Below are positions 9,621 to 20,311 of a stretch of DNA of 64,000 nucleotides, in pieces; position 1 is the stretch's first letter, and each line of letters opens with the position of its first letter. The position numbers and the translations under genes are program-made. Source of the DNA: Candidatus Poribacteria bacterium (GTDB lineage Bacteria; Poribacteria; WGA-4E; PCPOR2b); assembly GCA_965198175.1 (NCBI GenBank), contig OZ240245.1, positions 2,272,001 to 2,336,000 on the forward strand. The letters run 5' to 3'. The notes below the pieces were generated by a model. It saw only the letters and a program-made list of their open reading frames with translations, had not been told where the DNA came from and searched no databases.

Positions 9621-9832
9621 GTTGTTTTCCGATCAACAATTGCAATCTGTTATGTTCGGTAGGTAAGTCAAAAACCACCTCCATTCAGAAACGGGTAATG
9701 CGGCAGATTAACCCTGTTTACAATAAACGGCTAACTCATCATTCCGAAATCTGTGATTAGAAAACATAGGGTTAAACTCTGGGATTGTTGGGGTATTGAT
9801 TATGGACTACAGATTATTTCATCACAATGGAT

Positions 9833-10579
9833 TCAATACGTTGCTCTGCCACCGCTCACATCGTAACACTGCCCGGTTACGAAGCTGGCATCGTCTGACG
9901 CTAAGAAATGAACAACAGCCGCAACCTCCTCCGGTTTGCCTACCCGCCCCAACGGAATTTTGCTGACCATATAATCAATTGTCGATTGACTTACCTGATT
10001 GAGGATGCTCGTTTCAATAACCGCCGGTGAAACACAATTGACGCGTATATTGTGCGCCGTTACTTCCTTAGCGAGTGCTTTGGTCAGGCAGATGACACCT
10101 GCCTTGGATGCAGAGTATGGGATGAGAGTTGGATTTCCTTCTTTGCCAGCGATTGAGGCAACACTCACAATCTTACCGTACCGTCGCTGAATCATGTGAT
10201 CGATGACCGCCTTGCAACAGAGGAAAACGCCTTTTAAATTCACATTGATGACTCTATCCCAGTCGGTTTCCTCCAACTGCGTTAGCGGCGCAGTTTTGCC
10301 AGCGATGCCTGCGTTGTTTATCAGAATATCAATCTGGTTCAAAGTGCTCAACGTCTGTTGAACCATGTCTTGAACCTGATCCCGCTTTGAAACATCTGCC
10401 TGAATGGGGAGAGCTTGACATTTCAACGTTTCAACCGATTGTGCGACTTCCTGAATGCTCACCAGGTCAATATCCACTAGGACAACATCTGCTCCAGCCC
10501 GTGCGAAGCGAAGTGCTATCGCCCGTCCAATCCCCTGTCCTGCACCAGTTACAATAGCAACCTTTCCACTTAAGTTCAT
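9833..10579 (-). CDS. SDR family oxidoreductase (FabG-like)
   Basis: TGAGQGIG, NNAG and YSASK motifs. Confidence 0.93.
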   Translation of the reverse strand: MNLSGKVAIVTGAGQGIGRAIALRFARAGADVVLVDIDLVSIQEVAQSVETLKCQALPIQADVSKRDQVQDMVQQTLSTLNQIDILINNAGIAGKTAPLTQLEETDWDRVINVNLKGVFLCCKAVIDHMIQRRYGKIVSVASIAGKEGNPTLIPYSASKAGVICLTKALAKEVTAHNIRVNCVSPAVIETSILNQVSQSTIDYMVSKIPLGRVGKPEEVAAVVHFLASDDASFVTGQCYDVSGGRATY

Positions 10580-10744
10580 ACGACCCTCCTTGAATCACTT
10601 TGCCCTGTTTCCGTCGTGCAAAATCTTCGTTCTCTTTTGGAATGAATGTAGATTAGTTCAATGAGTATGGATTGGAATCCGAAGGGTTATTGAAACCATC
10701 CGGAGCCACCCGGCTGGAGGCATCAATGCAAATTTGAAGGGCTA

Positions 10745-11401
10745 TTAGGGGTTGACCCGAAAATTATGCAGCCCATGACGGAATATTACAACCCCGTTTC
10801 TATTGGTTATATTTACTTTAATCTCATATTGGCTGAACCAATCGACAAGACCCGTGATAATCTCGCCTCCATGTAGCGTCGAAGTAACTGAAATGTTTTC
10901 TTTGCAGCATCGCGTTAGAAGATGGTTTTCAACTTCGTATCGTTCGAATCGCGGGACAATCGCGGCTAGTTTTCGAGACCTCAGTGCTTCATCGAAACCA
11001 ATATGCATTATAATCTGTGATGCCTGATTGCGCCTATACATATATTTTATGCTGATTTTCTCAATGCGTCGGACCTGTCCTTCCGATAGAACATCGAAAG
11101 CATAAGTCAACCGACGAATGATAATGCCTTCAACTGTTTCGCCATAGCGTGCGAAAACCATCTGGGTCTTCTTCCGAATCTGCTTCTGTACGTAGGAACG
11201 TCCGTAACCTTCTGCGCGGATCTGTGCCAACAGCGTTGGGGCTAAAGGACGGTGTGAGCGTCCACTCCGAGATTTGTACCTTTGACGGTTTCGAACTCGT
11301 CCGTACGAACTAAGCAATTGGGTGGAACGCTTATGTGTTGCAGAAACCGAACCCTGTGAATCGCTTTCAGGACGCAAGGCAACGGTTTTCGGACTCACCA
11401 T
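10745..11401 (-). CDS. Basic protein with Hfq/Sm-like domain(s)
   Basis: C-terminal LHGGEIITGLVDWFSQYEIKV...VVIFRHGL resembles Hfq Sm1/Sm2. The N-terminus is Arg/Ser-rich. Confidence 0.6.
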   Translation of the reverse strand: MVSPKTVALRPESDSQGSVSATHKRSTQLLSSYGRVRNRQRYKSRSGRSHRPLAPTLLAQIRAEGYGRSYVQKQIRKKTQMVFARYGETVEGIIIRRLTYAFDVLSEGQVRRIEKISIKYMYRRNQASQIIMHIGFDEALRSRKLAAIVPRFERYEVENHLLTRCCKENISVTSTLHGGEIITGLVDWFSQYEIKVNITNRNGVVIFRHGLHNFRVNP

Positions 11402-11660
11402 TAACGAATTGACCTCTTGTTATCAGATGGTTGCAACACCTCAAGCGATGCATTATGTGGAGAAGAGCGAGTCGCAGTTCGCTTAATCTGCGTTTGGTCG
11501 AAAAACTGATGCGTCGTTCATGCAGTGAAAGTTTGACATTCTCCTGCGCTTCAGCATATCGTCATCCTTAATCCAGGAAAGCAAGGCTCAGAAAGATTTC
11601 TGCATTTCTGCGTAGTATCGTCCTTAGGAGTATAATACCGAGTCGAAAAGCTGATTTTTA

Positions 11661-11689
11661 TTGCTTACGTATCGGAATTTTGGTATAAT
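11661..11689 (+). promoter_or_regulatory. sigma70-type promoter
   Basis: TTGCTT-17 bp-TATAAT with an extended -10 TG, upstream of ATG 11730. Confidence 0.6.
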
Positions 11690-11729
11690 TCGTTTGTTTT
11701 AACCCTTTCTGCAATGGCATGGTGCCTTT

Positions 11730-12080
11730 ATGAGATCGCCTTTTTTCGGTGGAAAAACGCCCAAGACGTTTCGCTTTTTACGCTTTATCTATCACCTTCC
11801 GAATTTCATGAAACTTACGTGGCGACTGTTTTGGGACTCGCGCGTTCCGATTCATCGTAAGGCGATTTTCGTAGTATTTGTTATGCTAGCTGTCGTTCTG
11901 TCGGTTGCTTACTTCCATCTCCCCTTTGATGCAATTCCTGATTTTCTTCCGATTGGACGAGGCGACGATCTGCTTGTCGGAATTTTCCTGATTTTGGTTC
12001 CTGGTGCATGGCTTTTTATCAAACTTGCCCCTGAAGACATTGTACTTGAACATGTAGACCGGATTTCGAAGCGACATTGA
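11730..12080 (+). CDS. YkvA/DUF1232 family membrane protein
   Basis: DSRVP..RK, YFHLPFDAIPDFLPIGRGDD motif. Confidence 0.85.
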   Translation: MRSPFFGGKTPKTFRFLRFIYHLPNFMKLTWRLFWDSRVPIHRKAIFVVFVMLAVVLSVAYFHLPFDAIPDFLPIGRGDDLLVGIFLILVPGAWLFIKLAPEDIVLEHVDRISKRH

Positions 12081-12583
12081 AGATGTGAATTAAGCCACAG
12101 ACATCTTGAGCACGAGTAGGCGGAAACTCAACATCGACTGTAGGGGTCGCCAAAGATATTCGACAATTCCATTATTGTTGGGCGATACGCTTGTAGCCCA
12201 TACCAATATGGCTGAGAGGATTTGGGCGATCGTTCGTGGCTTTGTGCACCACTTTCCGGAGTATTCACAAAAAGAGCCCCTCACGTTATATTTGTATCCG
12301 TGGATTTGGCATCAATCTCTCATCAGTTCATTTCACGACTGGTAGCCTCACTAACCCTCAACATGGGTCAAAAAAGAATACCACGACAATGAAAAACGCG
12401 CAACTAGAAAGTGAAATCATTGTGTGCTCCGCGTTCCTTTTGTCTTGATCTATGGGAGTGAATCTGCTAGAATAGATTTTTTGTTGGAAATCTGGTGAAT
12501 TCGTTGTGGAAACTATTTGAGGATAGGATTTGTGAACGTCGTTTTGTTTAAGATTTTGGGACGTACAACGGAAGGAGTGGCTG

Positions 12584-13756
12584 ATGAGCCAATCGTGGAC
12601 CCGTAGTGGAAACGAAGTCCTGGCGACCCTGCAAGATGTTGTGGCGATTGAAAGCGTTAACCCCGATTTGCCCGGCGGCAGTCGTGGTGAGGTCGGTATG
12701 GTGGAATATATCGCTGAGTTTTTTGGCGCCGTTGGCATCCCCTATGAAACACATGAAATCCTACCTGGGCGCAGTAACATTGTCGCCACGCTTGAGGGCG
12801 AAACCGCTGACCGTGTGTTATTGTTTGAATGTCACATGGACACGGCTAGCGCCGACATCATGACAATCCCCCCATTCGAGCCACACATCCGTGACGGACT
12901 GCTCTATGGGCGCGGTGCTTCTGACACGAAAGCCGGTGGCGCGGCGATGATGCACGCGATGAAACGTTTGAAAGTAGCGGGTGTCAAGCCACCGTGCACT
13001 ATCAAGTATGCGGGCGCCGTGGATGAAGAATATCGCTTTCGTGGGGCGCTGCACCTCGCAGCAACCATCAAGGCAGACGCGGCGATCATCGCGGAACCGA
13101 CTGAACTGGCTGTCATCCGTGCACACAAGGGAATTGCGCGTTTTCGAATCGTGGTCAAGGGGATCGCTGCGCACAGCTCTAAGCCGCACCTCGGCATCAA
13201 CGCCATATCCAAAATGGCGCGGATTATTTCCGCTATTGAGAACGAAATTGTACCGACGTACGAAGCAAGCACTCATCCCCTAGTCGGCAGTCCAACAGTA
13301 AATATCGGCGTAATTGCTGGCGGGACGCAGTTCAACTTCGTTCCAGACCGATGCGTCATTGAGGTTGACCGACGTGTCATCCCCGGTAAGACACCGGAGG
13401 CAGCGCTGGAGGAGTTCCGCGAACTGTTATTCCGCGCTCAGGCGGCTGACTCAGAGTTAGATGCGTTTTTGGAAGAGCCGTTCTTGCTGGATGGAGCCAT
13501 GGAGACACCTGAGGACGCGACCATTGTACAAGTCGCTACCGATGCTTGTCGCGCCGTGCAAGGCACCGCGGCAATCACGGGTGTACCCTATGGCACCGAT
13601 GCCAGCAAATTTACCGCTGTCGGCGTTCCTGCGATTGTCTTCGGTCCTGGCAGCATTAATCAGGCACACGCCGCCGTTGAGTGGATAGCCTGTGAGCAAG
13701 TTTTGACGGCTGTGGACATCTATCAACAGATAATGATAACAGATTGTCCAGTTTGA
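12584..13756 (+). CDS. M20 family metallopeptidase/deacylase (ArgE/DapE-like)
   Basis: HMDT, GRGASDTK, DEE, AEPT, AAHSSKP and AHAAVE motifs. Confidence 0.92.
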   Translation: MSQSWTRSGNEVLATLQDVVAIESVNPDLPGGSRGEVGMVEYIAEFFGAVGIPYETHEILPGRSNIVATLEGETADRVLLFECHMDTASADIMTIPPFEPHIRDGLLYGRGASDTKAGGAAMMHAMKRLKVAGVKPPCTIKYAGAVDEEYRFRGALHLAATIKADAAIIAEPTELAVIRAHKGIARFRIVVKGIAAHSSKPHLGINAISKMARIISAIENEIVPTYEASTHPLVGSPTVNIGVIAGGTQFNFVPDRCVIEVDRRVIPGKTPEAALEEFRELLFRAQAADSELDAFLEEPFLLDGAMETPEDATIVQVATDACRAVQGTAAITGVPYGTDASKFTAVGVPAIVFGPGSINQAHAAVEWIACEQVLTAVDIYQQIMITDCPV

Positions 13757-13878
13757 CACAATCGTATCCCCTGACCGTAGTAACGCGGAAAATTGGCAAG
13801 AGTATCGAGAAATCTCAAGTGAGCATTTAGATTGTAACTCAATGTGACTAATTGAGTTTCAGAACAGGAGAGAAAGAT

Positions 13879-14349
13879 ATGTTGTCGGTCAAGCAATTGG
13901 GGCACGTTGGGATTTATTGCAGCGATCTACAGAGATCTAAGGACTTTTATACCCGCATGCTCGGTCTCACCGTCACCGATGAAGATCCCGAAGGTCAGCT
14001 CATTTTCCTTAGTGCGCAGCCTGAGGAGGAGCACCATGAAGTCGCTCTTTGTCCAGGCAGGGATACGCCACCGGGGGCAAAGGTCATCCAGCAGATTTCC
14101 TTCATCGTGGAAGATCTTGCCACGCTGAAACAGTTTTACCAACATCTCAAGCAAAATGGTGTGCGTTTCCGAAACGTCGTCAGCCACGGCATTTCCATCG
14201 CTATCTATTTCTACGATCCCGACGACAATGTCCTTGAGGTTTACGCAAAAACCCCGTACCGGACGCGACAGCCTTACCTAGAGGAAGTGAATCTTGAGCT
14301 GACAGAGCAGGAGTTGCTAGCCATTGCTGAAGCAAGCCTCCAGTCTTAG
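13879..14349 (+). CDS. VOC/glyoxalase family protein
   Basis: LGHVGIY..DLQRSKDFY and YFYDPDDNVLE; RBS AGGAG. Confidence 0.9.
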   Translation: MLSVKQLGHVGIYCSDLQRSKDFYTRMLGLTVTDEDPEGQLIFLSAQPEEEHHEVALCPGRDTPPGAKVIQQISFIVEDLATLKQFYQHLKQNGVRFRNVVSHGISIAIYFYDPDDNVLEVYAKTPYRTRQPYLEEVNLELTEQELLAIAEASLQS

Positions 14350-14424
14350 CTCTGCTTCCGTGAGTTTTTTCAGCATGTCGTTTAAGTGTTATGCTAACTA
14401 TAATTGATAAGAGGAGATTATCCG

Positions 14425-15735
14425 ATGACCGAAAGACGCAAACCGTATGTTTATGTTACGCTGGAAGGGCCTGATGATGGCGGCGATTTTGGACCGAATA
14501 CACCGGGAACCAAAACGAGTGGGTTCCAAGAAGCGATAGATTACGCACATGAGAACTGTAGGGATGTCTACGTTTTTGGGGGCAGGGGTGGTATGCACGG
14601 CGGCGAAGGCAACCCGCACAACGTGTATACGCTTGATGAGACATTGCGGATTCCCTGGAGTCAGGATTTCCGAATGGATGGCGGAAATTATCTTTTAGGC
14701 TACCGGAAAACTACCGGGGATGCGATACATATTGACAGCCAGATGAATTGCAGGTACAAGCTTGGTCTTCTTACTTGCGCCTCTGATGGCGCCACAGTCC
14801 GAATCAAACCGGAGACACCAGGTCCTGACGATTTTGTTGCCATTACCGCCAGCATATTTGACTTCTCTGCCGTCTGTTCTCAGGGGACCGGAATTGTGAT
14901 AGATTCTTCGGAAGGACTCATAATAAATAGTAAGGTCTTCGCTGAAGAAACAAATACACGGAAGCAGGGGGTCTATGTCACCGATGCCGGAGGATCGGGG
15001 CAATGGATTAGCAATAATCATATACAAGTAATGTATGGAAATCAGTACCACGCCCATGCGAATTGCACGGGCCTTCGGTTGGGCGACCCTGGATCCAAGA
15101 AGATTGTAAACAATACGTTTGAGATGTCTTTCCATGCGCCGAGAGGGGCATATCTGGATCCCGATACAAAGAGATACCTAACTGCTGAAGATTTTGTCCC
15201 AGAGAATGCTGTCGGGGCAGATATATTCGCTCAACGAAATGTGCTGAATTTGTCATTTTATGGCAAAAGGTCTTCGGGGCAAGACATTATTTTTGAGCCG
15301 GAATCTAGGGATAACACGATCCATGCTTTCAACCTTCCGAATGGCATCACAAACAGAGCAACCGTACCCACGAATCGAATCGTACCCAATTGGCCTGTCG
15401 GTTTCGATGTTTCCACTCCGCCGGTTCCGGCGTCGGGGGAATTCGCTGTGAACACTACCCCATATACTGCGCAAATCATCATTCTCACGGCTGGCGCAAT
15501 TTCGAGTTGGACGTTGACAGATGCCGAGAGCCCTGCTCAGACTTACCCACGGAACCTTAGCCTCGCAGACAATCTGAATCGACCTCAACTTTCAGAACCA
15601 CCGGCGCGGGCGCCGATTAATCAAACTATTTCAGCGGGCTTTTTCCCCGGACAGACAATTATCTTGGAGCCGGGGGAAAAGATACAACTCACGTATTCGC
15701 AAGCTCCAACCTGGAGATGGAAGGCTCTACGATAA
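14425..15735 (+). CDS. Hypothetical protein, possibly pectin-lyase-like beta-helix
   Basis: Long ORF with RBS GAGGAG. N-terminal TSGFQEAIDYA resembles beta-helix cap helices, followed by beta-rich repeats. Confidence 0.6.
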   Translation: MTERRKPYVYVTLEGPDDGGDFGPNTPGTKTSGFQEAIDYAHENCRDVYVFGGRGGMHGGEGNPHNVYTLDETLRIPWSQDFRMDGGNYLLGYRKTTGDAIHIDSQMNCRYKLGLLTCASDGATVRIKPETPGPDDFVAITASIFDFSAVCSQGTGIVIDSSEGLIINSKVFAEETNTRKQGVYVTDAGGSGQWISNNHIQVMYGNQYHAHANCTGLRLGDPGSKKIVNNTFEMSFHAPRGAYLDPDTKRYLTAEDFVPENAVGADIFAQRNVLNLSFYGKRSSGQDIIFEPESRDNTIHAFNLPNGITNRATVPTNRIVPNWPVGFDVSTPPVPASGEFAVNTTPYTAQIIILTAGAISSWTLTDAESPAQTYPRNLSLADNLNRPQLSEPPARAPINQTISAGFFPGQTIILEPGEKIQLTYSQAPTWRWKALR

Positions 15736-15931
15736 TCCTTCTAGATCGGGCGGTGCAAAGCAACAACTAAGGGTGCGTATTTTCATATAAATCGACTATT
15801 CTACCTTACTGGATACGGGAAAGGGAGGCTGCAATTAGATCCATTTTGCCCCGCTTCTTTCTGATCGCAAGATTACATGGAAGATCAATCTCTAAGTCAG
15901 TGTTCTTGAATCAATCACATCGTTCGTTGCA

Positions 15932-17164
15932 TTAATAAGTTGCCTGGAATGTTAATGAAGCGATGTTGTTGATGTAGTCCAGAAAGTCGAAGATTTCGGC
16001 TGTCTCGTTGGTACTATTCTTGGTAAGTTGATAATCTGCGAGTAGGGTAAAGTGGTCGCGGAGTTGCCAATTGAACCGGAAATTTAAGCCGGTCTGATTG
16101 TCTTTCCGTTTCTCGGCGTTTTCATCAAGAAGGAGCCCGGCACCGCGTACTTTACGTTCATTGAAATATATGCCTAGATGGGACAGACGCAGGCGAGCCC
16201 AAGTATGGCTGTCGATTTTGTAGAATGCGCTCATCGCCACTTGGAGGCTGGAATAGTCGTAGAACCCGACATCAGAATTGTTGAGAAACAGATTTAATTC
16301 TTCTTGCAATACCAACTGAGCCGTTGAAATTTCAATTAGTTTGGCGGATGCAAACTGGCGTAGATCGGTTCGGGTTTCATTTCCTTGTAGCCCTGCTATA
16401 AATTGCACTAGATTGTTCAGATTATCTCTGTAATTCTCACGTTCCATTGAATACTCGAACTTTGCCAACACACGCTTCAAAAAACCAACCTGCATCCGCG
16501 CCACACCCTGATGGCTTGTGGATCCAACAAGAAGAAAATCCTCGCGCCTTGTCAGTTCATCATCGAACCGGCGCATACGGAGATTGTATTCCAATAACTT
16601 TCCGAATCGGAAACTCAATTGGCGCTGTATGTTATCGTAAGTGTCATCTTTACGATCCAATCGCTGGAGCTGATGTGATAGGCTCAGAAGTGGAAGTTGA
16701 GAGGTCGGGCGAAAACTGAGTTCTGTCAGAAAGAGATCTGTAAACGCATCGAATTCGTTGAGTTGTCCGTTTTCTCCGATATAGTTCTCAAATTGCGGAT
16801 AATACTGGAATTTCAACCCGAAATGGGTTCCAAGCGGTAGGGTTCCTTGGAAGTTAACGCCGGCTTGATTGACAACGCCTTGAAGCTGCGGGTTTTCACG
16901 TCCGGCAAGGCTGCTGGTATTGGGATCAATGCTCAATCCAAATTCGAGATGATTATTGAAGGTGTTACTAAGTTGATAATCAGCTGTTAGCTCAGATTCG
17001 AAGGCTGGTGCTTCTTCTATTTCCTGCTCAAACAGTTCTTGACCAAATTGCCGTTGGAGTTGTGCGGATGAGATTGAGGCGCTGATTGACAAAAGCGAAA
17101 AGATACAAATCCAGATAAAGCGTATAGATTGGGCTTGAAAAGACAGTTGTTGCAATTGATCCAT
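15932..17164 (-). CDS. Putative outer-membrane beta-barrel protein
   Basis: Signal peptide, alternating amphipathic strands and a C-terminal aromatic residue (LTFQATY). Confidence 0.65.
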   Translation of the reverse strand: MDQLQQLSFQAQSIRFIWICIFSLLSISASISSAQLQRQFGQELFEQEIEEAPAFESELTADYQLSNTFNNHLEFGLSIDPNTSSLAGRENPQLQGVVNQAGVNFQGTLPLGTHFGLKFQYYPQFENYIGENGQLNEFDAFTDLFLTELSFRPTSQLPLLSLSHQLQRLDRKDDTYDNIQRQLSFRFGKLLEYNLRMRRFDDELTRREDFLLVGSTSHQGVARMQVGFLKRVLAKFEYSMERENYRDNLNNLVQFIAGLQGNETRTDLRQFASAKLIEISTAQLVLQEELNLFLNNSDVGFYDYSSLQVAMSAFYKIDSHTWARLRLSHLGIYFNERKVRGAGLLLDENAEKRKDNQTGLNFRFNWQLRDHFTLLADYQLTKNSTNETAEIFDFLDYINNIASLTFQATY

Positions 17165-17322
17165 CCTTTTCCCACCAAGTTGAATTTAGGCGTCGCACAG
17201 AAACTTGTTTGCAGTTACTAATACGCCCCTCTCAACTCGCGGGGGTAATCGTTTATTTACGATTTACAAATCCACTAGCCTATAGCGAGAGAACAATTCT
17301 ATTGGGAAACGACAATTGAGTT

Positions 17323-17511
17323 TTAGCTGGAAGCCACTCCCATTACACAGGCGTAGCCTTCATCAATGGCAAAACTAGTTGGTCGATGCGACGACAAATT
17401 GATTGTAGACAAGATTATGGGCGTTTCATTGTCAGTAACATCTGCAATCAAGAAAACACCGTTGCTACTGGTCACGCAAAGCACGTCTCCCGATAGCTGA
17501 ATATCCGTCAT
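17323..17511 (-). CDS. Short LVIVD-repeat-like ORF (possible fragment)
   Basis: DIQLSGDVLCV...FLIADVTDNETP...GYACV. The ATG overlaps the upstream stop (TAATG). Confidence 0.45.
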   Translation of the reverse strand: MTDIQLSGDVLCVTSSNGVFLIADVTDNETPIILSTINLSSHRPTSFAIDEGYACVMGVASS

Positions 17512-17750
17512 TAGTAAATTGTGCAGACCCCACCTGCGCAACTGCTGCCTGATTTCTGAGTGATATCCCCAGCAACAGTTGCCTCCTCACTAGCTTCGAA
17601 ATCTGCGAGTACTTCAGCAGTTTCATTTGCCGGTGACGACAAACCGACCTGAAACTGTCCAGTCGGTGTGAAGGTGGTAACACATCCTGAAAAATTGATT
17701 GATGCCAAGAATACAACTATAACAAAGCAATTTAACAAATATATTCGCAT
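17511..17750 (-). CDS. Small putative lipoprotein
   Basis: RBS AGGAGG, signal peptide with FSGC lipobox, C-terminal CAGGVCTIY. Confidence 0.55.
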   Translation of the reverse strand: MRIYLLNCFVIVVFLASINFSGCVTTFTPTGQFQVGLSSPANETAEVLADFEASEEATVAGDITQKSGSSCAGGVCTIY

Positions 17751-17801
17751 GAGAGTAACCTCCTTGAAATTACGATTTTCGCGATGCGTGAAACTTTACG
17801 T

Positions 17802-18974
17802 TCATAACTTCATCTGCTGGTAATTCACTTCATCAAGGTTGTTCGTGCCGAGTCCCAAACGCCATGATGATCGAATGTATTTCGCTGATTGAGCAGGTTT
17901 CAACCCTGCCTCTTGGCGTTTTTCGTTAATCGTTTCCAGCGCAATCTGATCTACTGCGACTGGATCGGGGCTTACTAGTAATCCTCCATATTTCCATACT
18001 CCGTTTGGATCGTAGACCGGTCCTCCATCAAATGCAGCAAGCAATCCATCGGCGATGTTCAACACGACCTTGTCATTGATGACAGGGTGGGCAAAAATGT
18101 CTCCAATCGCAGGGTCACAGTTTAGCGGGTTTGAGTGGAATCGTAAAGTATTATCAACACTTCCAAACGCAAGGTTTTTCAAGCAGCCGCTAATCCCTGT
18201 AATCGCATGGTGTTTCAGTATGGGGACGTTGATGATTGCTGTAACCTTGTCAGTAAGTATCTTCGTGTACCTGGATGCGGTGCTTCCATCCTCACGTCGC
18301 ACTTCAACATCCTTTTCAGTTTCGTAGAAAGTTTCGTCGTCATACCCAACGCCGTCACTATCTGACGCAAGACAACGCACGCCTTGGTTACTCAAGTTGA
18401 TTTTGTAGCCTGCGTTGATTAGGTGCGCCTCGAATCGATCCCAGATGATGACCTGATCCCTGAGAACGCCCGCTTCGTAAAGTTGATCGACAATTGTATC
18501 GACGAGAATCCGATGCGTGCAGAGCTTTTTTCCACCGATAGGATTAATCTTAATGCCGATGATGTCGTGGGGCAACACAAACTCTCGCCACGCCTCTTTC
18601 ACGGAATCCAACCCAGTCAACTTAATCATTGCACGACTAAGCATTTCACCGACAATCTGCCCATTGAGCACGTCACCGTCCCACACTTTGTCGCCGATAA
18701 CTTCGACCACAGGAGTTAAATCCTGGATAGTCGCCTCACCCAATGGCGGTTGAACTGCTTGCGCGAAGGTAAGCTTATTTCCCTGGGCGAGTGTCCCTAG
18801 CGCGAGTCCAGCACCAATCACCCCTTTTGCTGACTGGCTAAAAAAGCGACGCCGATTCACCCGCTGTGTTGTCAAAGCGGCTGGCTGTGGTTCGGCGACT
18901 CTTTCACGTGAAACCTGATGGCAATCTTCAATTATCTGTTCAAGAATTGAACCGCTTGATTTTATCTTTTTCAT
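17802..18974 (-). CDS. DUF362 domain protein with twin-arginine-like motif
   Basis: VNRRRFF, IGIKIN, INVPILKHH, GCLKNLAFG and DPVAVD. Confidence 0.85.
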   Translation of the reverse strand: MKKIKSSGSILEQIIEDCHQVSRERVAEPQPAALTTQRVNRRRFFSQSAKGVIGAGLALGTLAQGNKLTFAQAVQPPLGEATIQDLTPVVEVIGDKVWDGDVLNGQIVGEMLSRAMIKLTGLDSVKEAWREFVLPHDIIGIKINPIGGKKLCTHRILVDTIVDQLYEAGVLRDQVIIWDRFEAHLINAGYKINLSNQGVRCLASDSDGVGYDDETFYETEKDVEVRREDGSTASRYTKILTDKVTAIINVPILKHHAITGISGCLKNLAFGSVDNTLRFHSNPLNCDPAIGDIFAHPVINDKVVLNIADGLLAAFDGGPVYDPNGVWKYGGLLVSPDPVAVDQIALETINEKRQEAGLKPAQSAKYIRSSWRLGLGTNNLDEVNYQQMKL

Positions 18975-19308
18975 AGGTCAAGTGACTTTCTCATATTCTC
19001 CTGGTTCCTCCTGGCGCTCCATTACATCGGGCAGTTAGAATTTTCTCAACTCATCAAGAAGGGTGGACGTAGGAACACAATTGCCACCCCGAATATTGAG
19101 GAATTTGCACCAAATGACTCCCGCCTGTTGATGGTTTAGGTCGCTTGGCGTGCAGGCTAACTTACGCAAGGGATCGACCACGTTATAGGCTTCGGTGGTC
19201 TTTACCGCGCTATCAGACAGCATAGGGAAACGACGCGCTTGACTCCGATTCGAAGCTTTTTTGATTGGTCATTGCCCCGATGTAATCAGCGAGGGTTTAG
19301 TCTGTTGG

Positions 19309-19896
19309 TCACAATAATTCTTGCAGAGCTTTCTCATAAATTGCTTTTTCTCCCTGCGCACCATCGAAAACTTGCACGATTCTCCCTTTTCGGTTGATGA
19401 GGTACGCAGAAGGTATCGCAGTCAGTTTATATTTCTCGACGATTTCGGGCTCTGCCAGTAGTATCGTATAGTTGACGCCCAGTCTCTCAATGAAGGGTTC
19501 GATTACCTTGAGCCCCTCGTCATCCAGAGAAATACCGAGCATCTCAAATCCACGTGCGCGATATTGGTCATAGAGTTCGATGAAAATGGGAATCTCCTCT
19601 TCACACGGTTTACACCATGTTGCCCAGAAATCCAGAAGAACGACTTTACCTTCATAGTCCGTGAGGCTAACTTCTTCAAGCTCGGTACTTGCTAACGTAA
19701 AATCGGGAGCAAGCGGCAAGGACGCATCGTCGTCGACGTCCCTGAGCTCCGTCGTGTTGTCATCCTTCGGCGCATCACCATTTGTCATTTTGCCATCATC
19801 AGGGTCTGTTTCCTTGTCGGTGAGATCTTCGGAGCAACTAACAATCATTAAAACCCAGAGGATGAGAGTGAAAATACTTAACAATCTTGAACGCAT
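19309..19896 (-). CDS. TlpA/ResA-like thiol-disulfide oxidoreductase lipoprotein
   Basis: Lipobox IVSC, APDFTL and LLDFWATWCKPC. Confidence 0.92.
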   Translation of the reverse strand: MRSRLLSIFTLILWVLMIVSCSEDLTDKETDPDDGKMTNGDAPKDDNTTELRDVDDDASLPLAPDFTLASTELEEVSLTDYEGKVVLLDFWATWCKPCEEEIPIFIELYDQYRARGFEMLGISLDDEGLKVIEPFIERLGVNYTILLAEPEIVEKYKLTAIPSAYLINRKGRIVQVFDGAQGEKAIYEKALQELL

Positions 19897-20311
19897 ATTT
19901 TGCCTCCTAAAAAGCAGCACTACTTTTGTTATCTTATATCTCCTGATAGGCTGAGACTTCGACACTTTATTTGGCGCCACGACTGTGATTTTGGCACAGA
20001 AGGACAGCTAGCAACTCCCATGCTATGAATAGAATCTCTGCCCGATTCTCCAGTGGGGATTGTGGAATAAGCTCGGAACAATAGCAGCATGACTTAAGCA
20101 GAAGCGAATAGAAATACCCCGACGAAAGGATGTTTGTGCCACGTCTTTTCTGCACATTTTAGACAACTTTCAGCACCGGAATCGCACAATTTGGGGCAAT
20201 CCCCAAAGATAGAGAGAAATCCGTTAAAGCCAGCCAAAGCGTCGAGTGAAGACACAAACACACAGCGGCGAAAAATCGTCATCTGTTCTTCAGAACCTTT
20301 CAAAGATTCGC

